Positions 49,669 to 62,597 of a stretch of 64,000 bases of DNA are shown in pieces. Each line of letters begins with the position of its first letter. Position 1 is the first letter of the stretch. Both the position numbers and the translations under genes were made by a program. The notes under the pieces were generated by a model. It was given only the letters and a program-made list of their open reading frames with translations. It did not search any database and was not told the origin of the DNA. Origin of the DNA: Utricularia gibba (Eukaryota > Plantae > Magnoliophyta); NCBI GenBank assembly GCA_002189035.1, contig NEEC01000014.1, positions 1,178,001 to 1,242,000 on the forward strand, read 5' to 3'.

Positions 49669-50631
49669 TTACAGGGTGGAATCTGCACCGTCCGGTGTGG
49701 CGGCGCCCTGATTCAGCTCGGCAAATCTCATCCCCACCCGCATCGAGTGCTTCAGAAACTTCTCAGCACATCTGCGGATGCAGGTCTCTTCCTGCTTGTC
49801 CAGGGTCTTGCGCCTGAAGGAATCCACGCAGTCGGTGAAGCATCTTTCCACCAGCGAGTTATACATCCTTAAGCTGTAAAGAAACAAGCATTGGAATCAT
49901 CAAGTGCAGGCAAATCCATTACAGCGATTGAACAGTATAGCTTTGCCAATGAAGCATCTTTCAACCAAGGAGTTCACATCCCAAGAAGCAACCACAAATT
50001 TTCATGTTCTTGGGAGTGTCAGTGTGCCAAAAATCAGGGGATCCCGAGAGAGGCTTGTTGGTGTAGAGTACCCGCTTAATCTATATGTTTGAGGCCGCTA
50101 AGGCTCCAGATAATGTGATCATTCTTACAAAACAGCCTATCAGGTTTACAGGAATTGCCATCAGATCACTGAGAAGGGGTGATCGTACCCAACACTAACG
50201 AGTTCAAAAATTGAATGCAATCAGACAAATAGACCAAGATATCTATCTATGTAGTGTACTAGCCAAACGAATCCGGAATCTCACCACCCCATTTTCGCAA
50301 CCGAAAAAGAAGGTGAAGAAAGTCGTGGGATTTATGAAATTTCTCTCAGATCACCAAAAATTGCGAGTCCAAGTTCGCAGATCGACTGCAATCTGACATG
50401 AATACCAGAATAGACACCAAATGCAAATAAACATTGCTCATTTCACCCGTCTCCACAAACCTGACGAACGGTTCAACACTTCCACTACCACTCATGGAAC
50501 GCATCGTTGAATCAACAACAGTAAAAAAAACCATACCTGTCCCGTATCTGAAGCTGGTCGATCATGGCCGTCATCCGCTGCTTATCTTCCTCCGGCAGCG
50601 CGTCGACATCCCCGAGCATGCTCTTGTCCAT
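49669..50631 (-). CDS. TIM9: Mitochondrial small TIM chaperone Tim9; exons 50537-50631 and 49669-49873, 99 aa
   Basis: [31 protein letters not shown]|[16 protein letters not shown]...CIRRCAEKF, with the twin CX3C motif. Confidence 0.96.
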
Positions 50632-50765
50632 TTTCAACTATTCAAAAACCAAACCACCGCCTACAATCCCAACACAAAAACCCTAGTAGCTGTGAATTAC
50701 CCGACGCGGGTGTGAGGAAAGATCACGATTCACATCCATCCAACGGTTCTCACAAACCTTCTCAA

Positions 50766-50778
50766 AGCCCATTGGGCC
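50766..50778. promoter_or_regulatory. Site II pair upstream of TIM9
   Basis: AGCCCA at 50766 and TGGGCC at 50773, about 140 bp upstream of the ATG. Confidence 0.55.
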
Positions 50779-53700
50779 AATCCACCCAAACTTCCCACAA
50801 CATACATCGCCCATGTTTTCTAAAATGATAAAATTAATAGCAATGTCAATAATTTAATAATATATCTAGGAAAAATTAGAATTTAATTATAAGAACTAAT
50901 TTCACTATTTTATAAATGTATCATACTAATTTAATTTAGGAACCAACCGTACGAATGGATCTGGCCCATAACTGAATCCTTCCTAGATTGAACCGGCCGA
51001 AATCAACTCGTGACTCGTATGGGTCAAGTCATTTGGTGCATGGGTTGACCCTCAAACCCAACCCAAATACTTGTTGCCCAATTTATTTATTTAATTCATA
51101 TTTTAACTTACAGGAAAACAATAATTAATACAAATCCTAACTTCTGTCTTTTAAAATCCAAATAACACTTTTATCTTTTCTTGCCATTTGATTGGTCGGA
51201 GTTTCGCAAGAGCAAAATATATTCGATCAGTTCTAGTTCCCTTTTCACATATTTTATAAAAATATTGATTTTGTAAATATAATAATTTAACTATTTTGAA
51301 TTTGAAATAAAATTAAAAAAATAGCAGATGTGCAACATGTGATAAGAAGGGAGTACAATGTGATACTAAATTTCAATTAAATATTATTGTAGGAAAAATA
51401 AAAATGGTTATTTAATTATTTATTTATTAAAGTTTGGTTGGATTGTTTCCGGAATTCACCCTATACCTAGTGACGTAGACACACAAAATAAATAGCCAGA
51501 AGAGGAAGGGGTTGAGTTGGACTTGAAAGAAACACCGCACATGTAGGGGTCTACATAATCTCAGTTTTTCTTTTTCTTCTTCTTCTTGAAAATAAAACAG
51601 AAACGCTGATGGGAGCACAGTGCAGGCTTGCATTCCAACCATAGTTTTGGAAGTGGGCAAGACCAGAAGCTTCTGATCATCACTCAGCTGCTTCACTTCA
51701 CTGTGTATCTCTTCTGCTGCAGCTGCTCATCATCCCCTTCAGCAGCTGCTGCAGCTTCTGCACGCCGGAGGAGCGACGGATTGCACGCCATACGGTGCCT
51801 GAGTAGGAGAAACTCGGCATGCACATGAAACAGCAGAAGACACATGAACAGATTCTGAGAATGGAGGGGTTATGGGCAACATGTTTTTTTATAATGGGGT
51901 CACATAAGTTTTAGGGATCTTCATGAGTCACACATTTGTTTTGCAACTATGCACTTGTCGAATTACCATCAAAATCTAGTCTTTGGGTATTCAATAGTAC
52001 GCCAATTCCGAAAGACTAGATATATTCTCTACTCAAAAAACTCAAACCCAAAATGTGTAAGATGATTTAGGTAGGGTTTTTGTACATGTCTTGTTGGCTT
52101 GGAATGGGGGTGTATCAAGGACCACTTGTTTTCCCTGTACAAAAGGTAAATAGACCAAGGGCAAAATGGGCAATCCACAACATATAATAAAAATAGGCAG
52201 GGGATCCAATGACTTATCTACTTTGATAGTAAATAAAAATTATGATATGTTAATTAAAAATTATTAATGATGTGTTTGATAAATAATAGTTGTTAATATA
52301 ATAAATTAGATATTCAATCGCTTTTGTTATTTAACCATTCATTTGTATTGAAATATAAACTCATGTATCTTATGATGACAAATTACAACATTACCCTTGT
52401 ATCTATTATGGATAATTTTATATAAAACACCATCATATTTTTCAAATTATTCATTTTTAAACAAGCGAATCTTATTCATATTTAATACCACACCTAAATA
52501 TCAGAAAATTAAAAAAATTAACTAATTTAATCGATGATTTAAATTCATATGAATGAATATTTTGTATATTCAAATCCTTTGAATAATTTTATAATATAAT
52601 ATCATCTAAATTTCATAGTCAAAAATAAATATTTTTAATTTTTTTTTACTGATGAAAAAAGGAGAAAAAATAGGGTAAATAATTATGAAATAGGAGAAGT
52701 CGTCTTTTGTGGGATTTTGTCCAATTTTAAGCCATCGGAGTCATTAGTTGACACAAAAAAAATAAATAAATAGCCGTGACTGAACATAAAGGAAGAGTAA
52801 GGCGGTTGATTTGGACTTGAAAGAAACAAGACACTGCGTGGGGGCCACCCAGAATCTCAGTTTCATTTTTTCCTTTTTTTTTAATTTTTTTAAATCATTA
52901 ATATTTTATTCCCGAAAATCCTCCAAAGCGTAATACATGAAATAATATTTATAATCATTTTGATTTTCTACGAAATTTATTATATAATAAACTATAATCA
53001 TATTCGTATATATTCGATAATTTAAAGTTGTACTAGCAGATAATTTATTTATTCAATTTTTAATAAATGAAGCAAAATAGATATAATTTAAATTTTATAT
53101 TCAAATTTACCATTAAAAAGTATATATTTAGATATTCAATTTTAAAAGTACAATAAAAAAAGCCCTTGTGTAGTTTTTGGTATTTGGTTTAATAGTGGTT
53201 GTTTTATTTAATATGTGCGTTTGGTAGTAAGTTTGATTTCATTTAAAATTGATTTAAGATAAATTCAAATTATACATGCAGTTACAAAAAGTATGTTTTA
53301 TTTAATATTTACTCATACAAAAAATATTGATTAATATTGCAGTCAATAAATTTATTTCTATTTTTGACATTAGTAGGTCACCTGACTGTTTGATGTTTAC
53401 TCATTTGGTATCCTTATGATACTAAAAGCATTATTATTACAACATAATACTCTATCCACCTCTCTTTTATTTATTAACTAACAGTTACTGTGTCTTGTTA
53501 AAGTGTCATCAATGCTACACTGACATCATTATTGTAGGCTGTAGGTGGATTTCATTTACTGCAGATATGCCAACCAGGAGCAAGGACTCCTTCCTTCAAC
53601 AAGATTTAGGGTTTCATCAATTTGAATCCCTCCTTTAGAATTCATTTGGAACAATTTTTTTTTAAAAAAATATCTTATAACTTTGTTCTATCAATACTGT

Positions 53701-55447
53701 TAAAAAATAACATCATATTTTTCATTAAGAGGGTGCAAATTACCCCATTTGTGATGGTGACTTTTCGTCAATTCCTTTAAGTTTCAGTCTCAACACCATA
53801 TTTTCTTGAAAATCCAAAGACGATTTATTTTATGATCTATTTGAAATAATTTTTTAAATAGAAATTTGAAAATATAAACGATTTCTATTTCAAAAAAATA
53901 GAAATTTAGAAGTAATTTTAACTTAAGAATACAACCAAGTAAACACTTAGAAAGGTAAGATTATTAATGATTAAAATCACATTGCACCTTTAATGAGATG
54001 ATTTTGGTGATTAAGAGAAGATCAAAGTGGTGATCAAGATTAATTAGCGACAAAGACGTGATTAATGCAACTAATAATGGAAGTAAGTGGGAGTTGATTG
54101 CTTTGGGGCATTAATCACGCATAAAAGCAGAATTATGTCTCCCTAATTGAGAGCATAATTGCCCTCCTAATTGTGATTAGGGTATGCGGTAGGGTAAACC
54201 CACCTTGCATTAATAATTAATCAACCACTAATTATTCCCTCCCCCTTTTCTTAATCTCCAGAGCCAATTCATTTCTTTATATAAATATTTACTATCTACA
54301 ACAAAAAAATAAAAAAAGAAAACTATACGTCTACTGTCTACCTAACCCAGCGGTTTCAGACCATACATTTGTCCCTATTTTCGTATTAAATTTTAAATAT
54401 TTGTCAACGATAATAATGAAAAATTCCACCATAATTGATGCTTAATAGGCTCCCCCTAGGGTAACGAGACCTACATTCTAACTGTTAATACCCTTATCGA
54501 AATTAAATAGGCAGATTAATTGGATTTAGAAATTCCGCGACTTCCTAAATTCAAAAGAGAATTATAATTTAGAGATATCAAATATCACGATTCATACTCT
54601 TTTTTTACGATATTATTCATTTCGAGGATTTATTCCTAACGGTTTTACGTTTTCCCACTTTGAAAAAAAGCCTAGTACAAGATTAAAGTTATTATTTTAT
54701 TTAAGTATATTCCATCCCCTATCCATAATTAATTTGGTATACCGTCACTATTGTGAAAGATTATTTTATGTTTTATAATATATATTTCATATGGTTGTTA
54801 GGTAGTGATGTATAACATAATGAATTAAATATGTCAACAAATTTTTTATTTAATACTTCATTTGTAGTAAAATATAAATTCGTACATTATATATGTTTTG
54901 TTAATTTTAAAATATTATATTTTATTATCAAATGCATGATAAATAATTATACACGAATATTTTAGTAATATTATATAAAACAAGTGACAAATAATTATTT
55001 TCTTAAAATAAATCACTCATTTTGATATAAATTAATTTCAACAATATTTAGTATCGTATAAATTAAAACGTAATTTATGAAATTTCAACGAAATTTAAAA
55101 CCTTGGATGAGGAATATCCTCTTTTATGATTTAAACCCAAGCTCTTGTAGTAGGGTATGTTGATAACAGTCTGATAGTCGATGCGACACGATTTCATTTA
55201 CTCTCGTGTTTATCAACCATATATTATATGATACGTACATAGGCATGTACATACATTATGCGCACAAGTTGCATGTCACTTGTTTAATAGAGAACAAACA
55301 AAACAAAAAAAAAAGAAAGTAAAAAAAGAAATAAAGAAAGAAAATGGAGTGGTCCAAGTCGTACAGTAAAGAAAGGCTTTAAGAGCTGGTCCCTCATCTG
55401 CAGAATCGTGCACACACTACACCTCCAATAATCTCATCCCTACCAGT

Positions 55448-55537
55448 TACTACCACTACTCACTGCTATTGCTACTGCTACTCCTACTGCTACTAACACA
55501 GCAGGAGCAGAAGCAGAAGCAGCAGCAGCAGCAGCAC
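55448..55537. repeat. Compound simple repeat (CTA/CTG-rich, then GCAGAA and GCA units)
   Basis: tactaccactactcactgctattgctactgctactcctactgctact followed by gcagaagcagaagcagcagcagcagcagca. Confidence 0.7.
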
Positions 55538-57107
55538 GGCTCTCAGCTTGGGAGTAGCAGGAGCAATACCAAATTTTATGTGTGAATAATGATGATAATC
55601 AGGGAATCAATCAATCCCACATCGCTTTTGGATCCAAACATTATTCCCATCCTCTTGGTGAGTCAAAGCTTCTGCACCTATGGGGATCAGGGTCGTCGTC
55701 TCCTCGCAGCTCCTCTTTGTTCTTTCTGTGAGAGAAAAAGGAAATTAAAGTGTGTAGTACAGGATGCATTAATGAACAAGGGTTTGTTCATTGTGACTTG
55801 TCATGAACTAGTTACCACTGATTCAAGTGTATAGAGCAGGAGTAGCAGAGGATTCATATTGTTTTCTTGTATGACTGAAGCTAAGAGACGGGGACGTGAA
55901 TGGCGTATTCCAGTGTTGTGTTAACAGGACGATGATGAGGATGATGATGCACTGGTTCACTGCATCCTCGTTGTTTCAACGTTTTGTGAATGTGTTTATG
56001 GTCCCCCTTTCTGGATGTATTCCCATAGTTTTCGAGCTTGCTGTTTACCCTCTCGTATGCCGCTTTGCTTTTTTTACCATACGGACAATGTTTTCCCTCC
56101 CATAATGCAGTACAATAAAAAAAAAAAATCACCCCTTTGTGTCTAACCACAGTATAACTCTTTCCTTCTGTCATGGAAAAAACAAACTGTGTAAACCCTA
56201 ATCCATGGAGATAATTAGTTACTAGGGTTGGAACCAACTGATGAAGTTGCCCTTTTCAAGTACAGGGTCAGTGTGATTTCCTCTAGCAGAAACTCTGTAC
56301 TGCAATCTAAACTGATACACACCACACTGCCTCCAAATGGTTTGGATTATCAACCAGAATGCATATCTTCACAGCACAGAAGCGATCTGAGGGTAGAGGG
56401 GAGAAGGGGTTGGTTGCATGACTCACTTCATTATTGTGCAGTATGAAAATGAGTTTCTTGAGATAGATAAAGGGCTAAATTCCACTTGCCAATAAAGCAC
56501 TTACTCTCCCCCCTCTTCCTTCCAGTGGAAAGTAGATTGGTCCCAGTGCTCAAAGCCTTCGTTTTTTTGCATATACATACATATGGTTTTTTTCTTTTCT
56601 TTGTTTTGTTTCTGTAGTTGAGAAGAAAAGGAGGAGTAGTGTTTGGTTTTTCAAGAGCTAGGTATTTATTTAATATTCCCATAAACACATGATCATTGAA
56701 AGTTCCCATCTTTCAATCACCATTTATCTGTCAAGCAAGCTCCAGAGACACACTTTGCGGCTAAGGTTCTCTTCTTCTTCTTCCTCTTCTCCCCTTGGTT
56801 CTTTCTTCACAAAGGTTTCTCCTTCTCCTCATTTGCGCTCTCAGTGATCCAATCTTTCAGAAGAGACGGGTCTGAACGGAGAAGAAAGGATCGTGTGTCT
56901 TCTCCGTTTGACAAACCCTAGAGAAGTATGTGGCCTGAATATTGGGGTTTGGGTTGCTGAATCTAAAGATTTGTTGACAACATGGTAAGCCTGTAGTTTC
57001 TTTATGAACGTATCTGATCCCCAGGAAGCCATGTGCAACTAGACTGTGTTATGGTTTTCTTTTTTTTTGTTGGGTGGTAGTTGCAGAAGAGTGATGAAGG
57101 AGCGAGG

Positions 57108-57836
57108 ATGATGATGAACCAGGCGAAGAACGAGGAGGATTCGGTCTCCGAGCAGGGCAAGCTCCCTTGCTCGTCGTCTTCCCGGCAGTGGTCCAGCTAC
57201 AAAAACCCCCGAATCGTGAGGGTTTCCCGGACCTTCGGCGGCAAGGACCGTCACAGCAAAGTGTGCACCGTCCGCGGCCTGAGGGACAGACGCATCCGCC
57301 TCTCCGTTCCGACGGCCATCCAGCTCTACAGCCTCCAGGACCGCCTCGGCCTCGGCCAACCCAGCAAAGTTGTCGACTGGCTGCTCGACGCCACGAAGCA
57401 CGAAATCGACAAGCTCCCACCTCTCCCCCTCCTCCCAGAGACCTTCACGGCGTACCATTCCGCCGCCGCCGCCGCATCGGAGCTATCGACCCACTTCTTA
57501 ACTTCCTACGGGGTGAAGGAGAAGGAGAACGAAGAGGGGTTCGGAATGTTGCAGCAGCAGAGTAATAACAGTACAAGTACCAGTCTGATTCCGATAACTA
57601 ATTTCCAAAACCCTTATCTCCATTGGGATCTGCAAAACGGGGCGCACTTCGGGTTTAATGAGACCCAGAATCCGAATCAGACAAGCCTTTATTTCTGCTC
57701 TTCTGAAGTTACATCTGCAACTGCTACACCCACACCGTCTTTTCTACTGAGCAGCTCTCAACTTTCAGACAGTGGACTGGGGGACAAAATCATCAGTCAG
57801 TGTCCCCGACAACGCTCCACTTTCTCAGACAGTTGA
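57108..57836 (+). CDS. Class II CIN-like TCP transcription factor, TCP5/13/17 clade
   Basis: [62 protein letters not shown] saw no miR319 target site. The first ATG is at 57108, after a likely 5'UTR intron acceptor (TTGCAG, ~57086). Confidence 0.94.
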   Translation: MMMNQAKNEEDSVSEQGKLPCSSSSRQWSSYKNPRIVRVSRTFGGKDRHSKVCTVRGLRDRRIRLSVPTAIQLYSLQDRLGLGQPSKVVDWLLDATKHEIDKLPPLPLLPETFTAYHSAAAAASELSTHFLTSYGVKEKENEEGFGMLQQQSNNSTSTSLIPITNFQNPYLHWDLQNGAHFGFNETQNPNQTSLYFCSSEVTSATATPTPSFLLSSSQLSDSGLGDKIISQCPRQRSTFSDS

Positions 57837-58779
57837 ATGACGCACAGGCCGCCCGTCCAGACCACCACCGGAACCCATGAAGGCCAAACCAAACCTTTCA
57901 ATCCAGTCGGGGTGGCGACGCTTCCATGGATGGCGCCCCTACTAGGTAACAGCACTACAGGTTTATTGCTTTGGATCATCATCCCCCCGCATTGTTGTCT
58001 TACATTTCTGGATTGTTTTTCTAATGTGTTGGAGCAAAGAATGTAGTATACGTGTACTTTAAATCCATAACAAAGATATGAATTCCTCAGTCTTACGACA
58101 ATCAGATCTTCTTCTTCTTCTTCTTCTTCTTCTTTCTCATCCATGCTCTCTCTACAGATATTTTTAGCAATTTTGAACTTAGACTATTACTGTATTTACT
58201 GTGTTTCGCTATTTATGGCTCCAGAGCCTTTTTTTTTTCTAGGGTTTGTGGATCCAGATCCTTTCATACTATAAAAATGGTAATGTGGTCTCATCTCGAA
58301 GTCCAGGGTATTATTCTGGTGTCAAATGTGATGAAAAAAAAAGATAAGTTTGTCTCAAACATCACTGTGCTTCAGCGGAATGTGAATAAATTCTCATTCG
58401 CCTGAGAGAAAGCATTCAATGTCGAAACAAAAGAAAAGCAGCTATCAGTAAGGACTGTGAAACTAAACTATTCGGGTTTCAGTTGTTGAGGGGAGGAAAA
58501 ATAGAAATGGAGGATTGTGTAAAGGATGATGCCATATTGCATCAACAGACAACTGATCTTTAAGACATGGTTTCTCCTTATGATCCATTTGATGGCATAA
58601 ACTTGTCAGAAAATGATGATGTCATTCTCCATCCCATTTGGAGCTATCTCTTTTTTAGGAGATGAAGAAGCTCTACATAAACTCACTGTTGATCTCATCT
58701 TACAGAAAGCATACTGTGCGAGCATGTTTTGCTGATGAATGAAAAACAAGAGAAACAGAATAGAAAGAACAGTTACTTA

Positions 58780-61700
58780 TCAACAAGCAACTGAGTCTCC
58801 AACGACGATTTCGTTGATCAGATCTTTGAATATCATCCGCTCGACGTCAAGAACAGTGCCTGAGATGTCATTTTTAAAACTCACCCACTTTTCTGATGGA
58901 GGAGTCTTCATCATGTCCGCGGTTATGATGCTCTTCCATTCCTCATCTCTCGAATTCCTGGCCTGAAGAGCATCTATCTCGGAGCAAAGGTCTCGAAGGA
59001 GCATCTGGGAGGTCGGGGTTTTGGCTTCATGCACAAGTGATCTTGGCAAAGCTTGGGAGTGAGGGCTTATGCAGGAAAGTTTCTTTCCAAGAATCTCGTT
59101 GATGGCATCAAATATGAGCTTCCGGTGATTTTTGTTTCTGTTCCCTGCTGCCCCTTCATTTGGTGAAGTACATCCCTTTGTTTGTTCCAAGACCAGAAAC
59201 AACTCAGGGTTTATTGGATGACCAGATGGATGAAAATGGAAATCTGCAAGGGCTCGAAGGAGGATCCCTGAAGCTAAGAGAATCTCGGAGATGTATCGAT
59301 GGTCTGGATTGGAGGTGTCACAGAGCAATGCAATGTAATCTGTTCTCGATTCGTCGTGGCTTGAGTTCAGCCTTCTCAGCTTTAGAACTAAGTTCTCAAC
59401 GTTCTGAAGCTTCTTCCTGTTGAAGTCATATGCTACAAGTGGCTCCATGGTGTCAGAATCTACACTTGTAAGGTGAACCAGACAAGGATTATGATTCTTC
59501 TCTGCATTAACTGCTGCATCGACTGAAATAACATGGAGAACGATAATGAATCACATGTTAATTATGCAAAGTCACTGCTAAAATCATTTCCTGGAAGTTC
59601 ATGAATTGGATGGGATGGGCTAGTTATGGTCGAAAAAAAAATACCAATCAGATGCAAAACAAGAAATTTCATCATGATTTTTGCAGATTTCAGGCATCAT
59701 CCTCAAGTACTACATGCAAAGGCATTTGAAAGATTTGGAGGAAGTTACCTTTGAGAGCCTTTCCAACGTACTTAACAGGAGAAGTATCTGGTTTATGCGC
59801 TCCACCATCGAGAACGGATACAGGACTGGGGTACTCGGGAGGCACAAAACCAGATTCTGCTGACTCCTCTTCACTTGATGCTGTGGTAGATTCCTGAGTG
59901 TAGCATGAGAAACATCAGTGGATGATGTGAGTGACCAGGGCAACTAAAAACACAGATAGAGATTACCAACCTTCTCTGGGAAACCGGAGAAAATGCCTTC
60001 AGTAGGCTCAGTAGTAGGACAACAGATATTGCTTATTCTTGGGGAAGCTTCTGAACCCACTATTTGAACATTTTTTAAGTCGCTTGTTGCATTTGATTGA
60101 GCTGAATCCTCAAATTCACTGGCACTCAAATTCGTAGATTCAGTATTTGTAACACTCTTCTGATCATCAATCTGCTGCAAGTTAGAAGGAGTTGTTTTCC
60201 TTCTTCTGCTCGGTGAATTCAACTCAGATCGTCGCTGTTTTGACTGACTTCTTGACTTGCTTAAATCTGGGGCAGTAGGGGATGAGGATCTCTTTTCCCT
60301 CTCATTTTTCTTGTTCACTGTTCTAGTCCTGGTGGATCCTGAGACTTTGGTCAAGCTCGCATTTCTGTCTTTTGCTGACTGCTGGGATTTGATTGAACTC
60401 TCTGCAGCTTTTGATGTTCTTCGACCTTTCATACTGTCAGCATACATACTGTTGCTATGTTCCCTGCTGAAGCGCTTTCTGTTCTCAGCAGGCTCACCAC
60501 TCCATTGTTTAGGCGGTTCCCGAATATTATCAAGCGAAATTCCAGAAACAGGGAGCATGCCAGTTCTTTCAACATATTTGGCAGGTTTCATGATGACAAT
60601 TGGAGACTCACTATTTTGCAATGAAACTGTCTTCTTCCATGCGAATGGCATACCTGCCTCAGGCATTAGTTTCCGATTGTCAACCACCTGGCCATAACTC
60701 AAACCTCTTTGCTCAGAACCCCTGTCATTGAAGAGATTAGAACATTGCCCTTCTTTCACTGTTTCCGAGATCACCTTACCCTGCATTGTTCCTAATATCT
60801 GTCTAAGTGCTCTTAGATCCCTTCCAGATTGCAGGAACTCTAGGTCTTCCAATCTCTTATCTATCTCACTATAAACAGAGGGAATTGCAGGGGATTGGAT
60901 CCCTTTTGAAGCAGGCTTCCGAGGAGACCTTGCCACATCAGTGTGTCTCCATGGCGCTGGTTCATTCAGAAAAAATGTTGCAGGTTTCACCGAGGAATCA
61001 GAATTCCTCCTCCAGCTTGGAGAGTTTGGTTCTTTCCATGAGTTCTGATACGAGCCACATAACTGCACTGGTTTGTTAGAATTTGCTTCCTCAGATAAGC
61101 TTAAAATACTTCCCGAGCCATCCACTACAAAGCTCCTGCCTGAGCCAACTGGGGAGGTGGTGGATGAAAGTGAGTTGGGTATCGCCTCCAAGCCCATAAG
61201 CTTAGCTATAATACTTGGACGTTGTTCTTCACTCTCTGATCTTTGTCGCTGACCCTTAACCAACTTTTCATCATCAATGTCCTTGGAGCTAGGTGGTATA
61301 AAGCAGCTGGATCTTGAAACTTGCCTAGTGTCCAAAGGCCTTCGAGCATCTTTCGGTTTTCCAAATGATTTGGAACAATCATACGAGTCAAATGCAGCTG
61401 ATCTTACTTCCCTTCCATCATAAGATAGTCGAGGGGTGTCTCGTGAAATGGAAGAGGAAGATACACCTTTTGAGCAGTAGGATGATGACCTGAAAAGTTC
61501 TCTAGGTTCGTTTTGATACTGAGAATATAGTGCCCCATCTTGAAATTTAGCAAGAACTTGAAGATAATTCTTAACATCCACAGGGGTGCCTGGTTTTCTG
61601 TCAACAGTTGACCCATGAGAACCATCAGTGGCATTAGCCTTCAAAGCTGGAAGTTCTCTATACATGGATTCCTTCACAAAGTCCCGAATGTCATGGTTCT

Positions 61701-62597
61701 GATGAACAAATGGTGGAGGTGCATTCTGAAGACCCGCTGCAGGATACTTAGATGGATTCTCAGGATACATCATTTTGTCAAATGATGCTGATTCCAACTG
61801 GTTAGCTCTGGCATAGTCAATAGATGAGAAAGAAGATGAATGTGATGCAGAAGAGAGAGAAGCTCTGGATGATCCATTAGAAAGTTTCTGCCTTTCATGG
61901 ATGTTCTTTAATGAATACTTCTCCTGAAAAAAAAAATAATAACAAACTGCTTATAACCCAAATGAGGAAGTCTCAGAAAGATGCAAATTTTCGCAATGCT
62001 ACTGAATAATCAAACCACCACTAACACAAGACCAAATGAAGGAGAATGACGATAGCTGCAGCGGTAAAAAGAGGTAGAATTTTATCTGTGGCAGGGAAAG
62101 ATCTTAAAACAGAATGTAAGATTGTGCTCAAACTTCTCACTCATGTAAAAGAAACATGCCAATCTAATTTTGATGTCTTAAATTATGCACTTCTGAGTTT
62201 AAAAAAAAAAAAATTCCTCCAAGCAGATTCTGAGCACACTTTAGTTGCGAAGTATAAATGCAGATGACTTACCATAGATGCAGATTTTAGCTGCGAAGTC
62301 GATTCACTTTCTGAGTTTCTAACACTTAGGTGAGGATTTCCTGGAAGAAGCAGTGAGACAAAGGCCACACTGAGTGCCATAAACTTAAAGCAAATATTAT
62401 GAAGAATGCTGAAATAATGCAGAATCAAAGTTGACCTCATGTTCATTAAGAAGAGCAAGAATATTACCACTCATTCGCCTGCTACCGGTGAGCATACGCT
62501 GACGATCAAACATCTGAAAAATCCCCGCCATACATCCCATTTGATTCTGGAATTCTGCATTGTCATCTGTCAAGGAATGCAAAAACTTGGCCGCCAT
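58780..62597 (-). CDS. LONGIFOLIA / TON1-recruiting motif (TRM) protein, 5 exons
   Basis: N-terminus MAAKFLHSLTDDNAEFQNQMGCMAGIFQMFDR, plus RPSIIAKLMGLE, ESPIVIMKPAK, EYPSPVSVLD, NPDHRYISEILLASG and the C-terminal DVERMIFKDLINEI. Confidence 0.92.

Noticed and set aside
51517-51534. TTGGACT start resembles the 5' end of miR319/miR159, near a TCP gene
   Set aside because: Only the first ~7 nt match, there is no GGGAGCTCC tail and no precursor hairpin, so this is coincidence.
55920-55985. GATGCA...TGCATC hairpin upstream of TCP as a possible miRNA precursor
   Set aside because: The stem is too short and matches no conserved miRNA I know.
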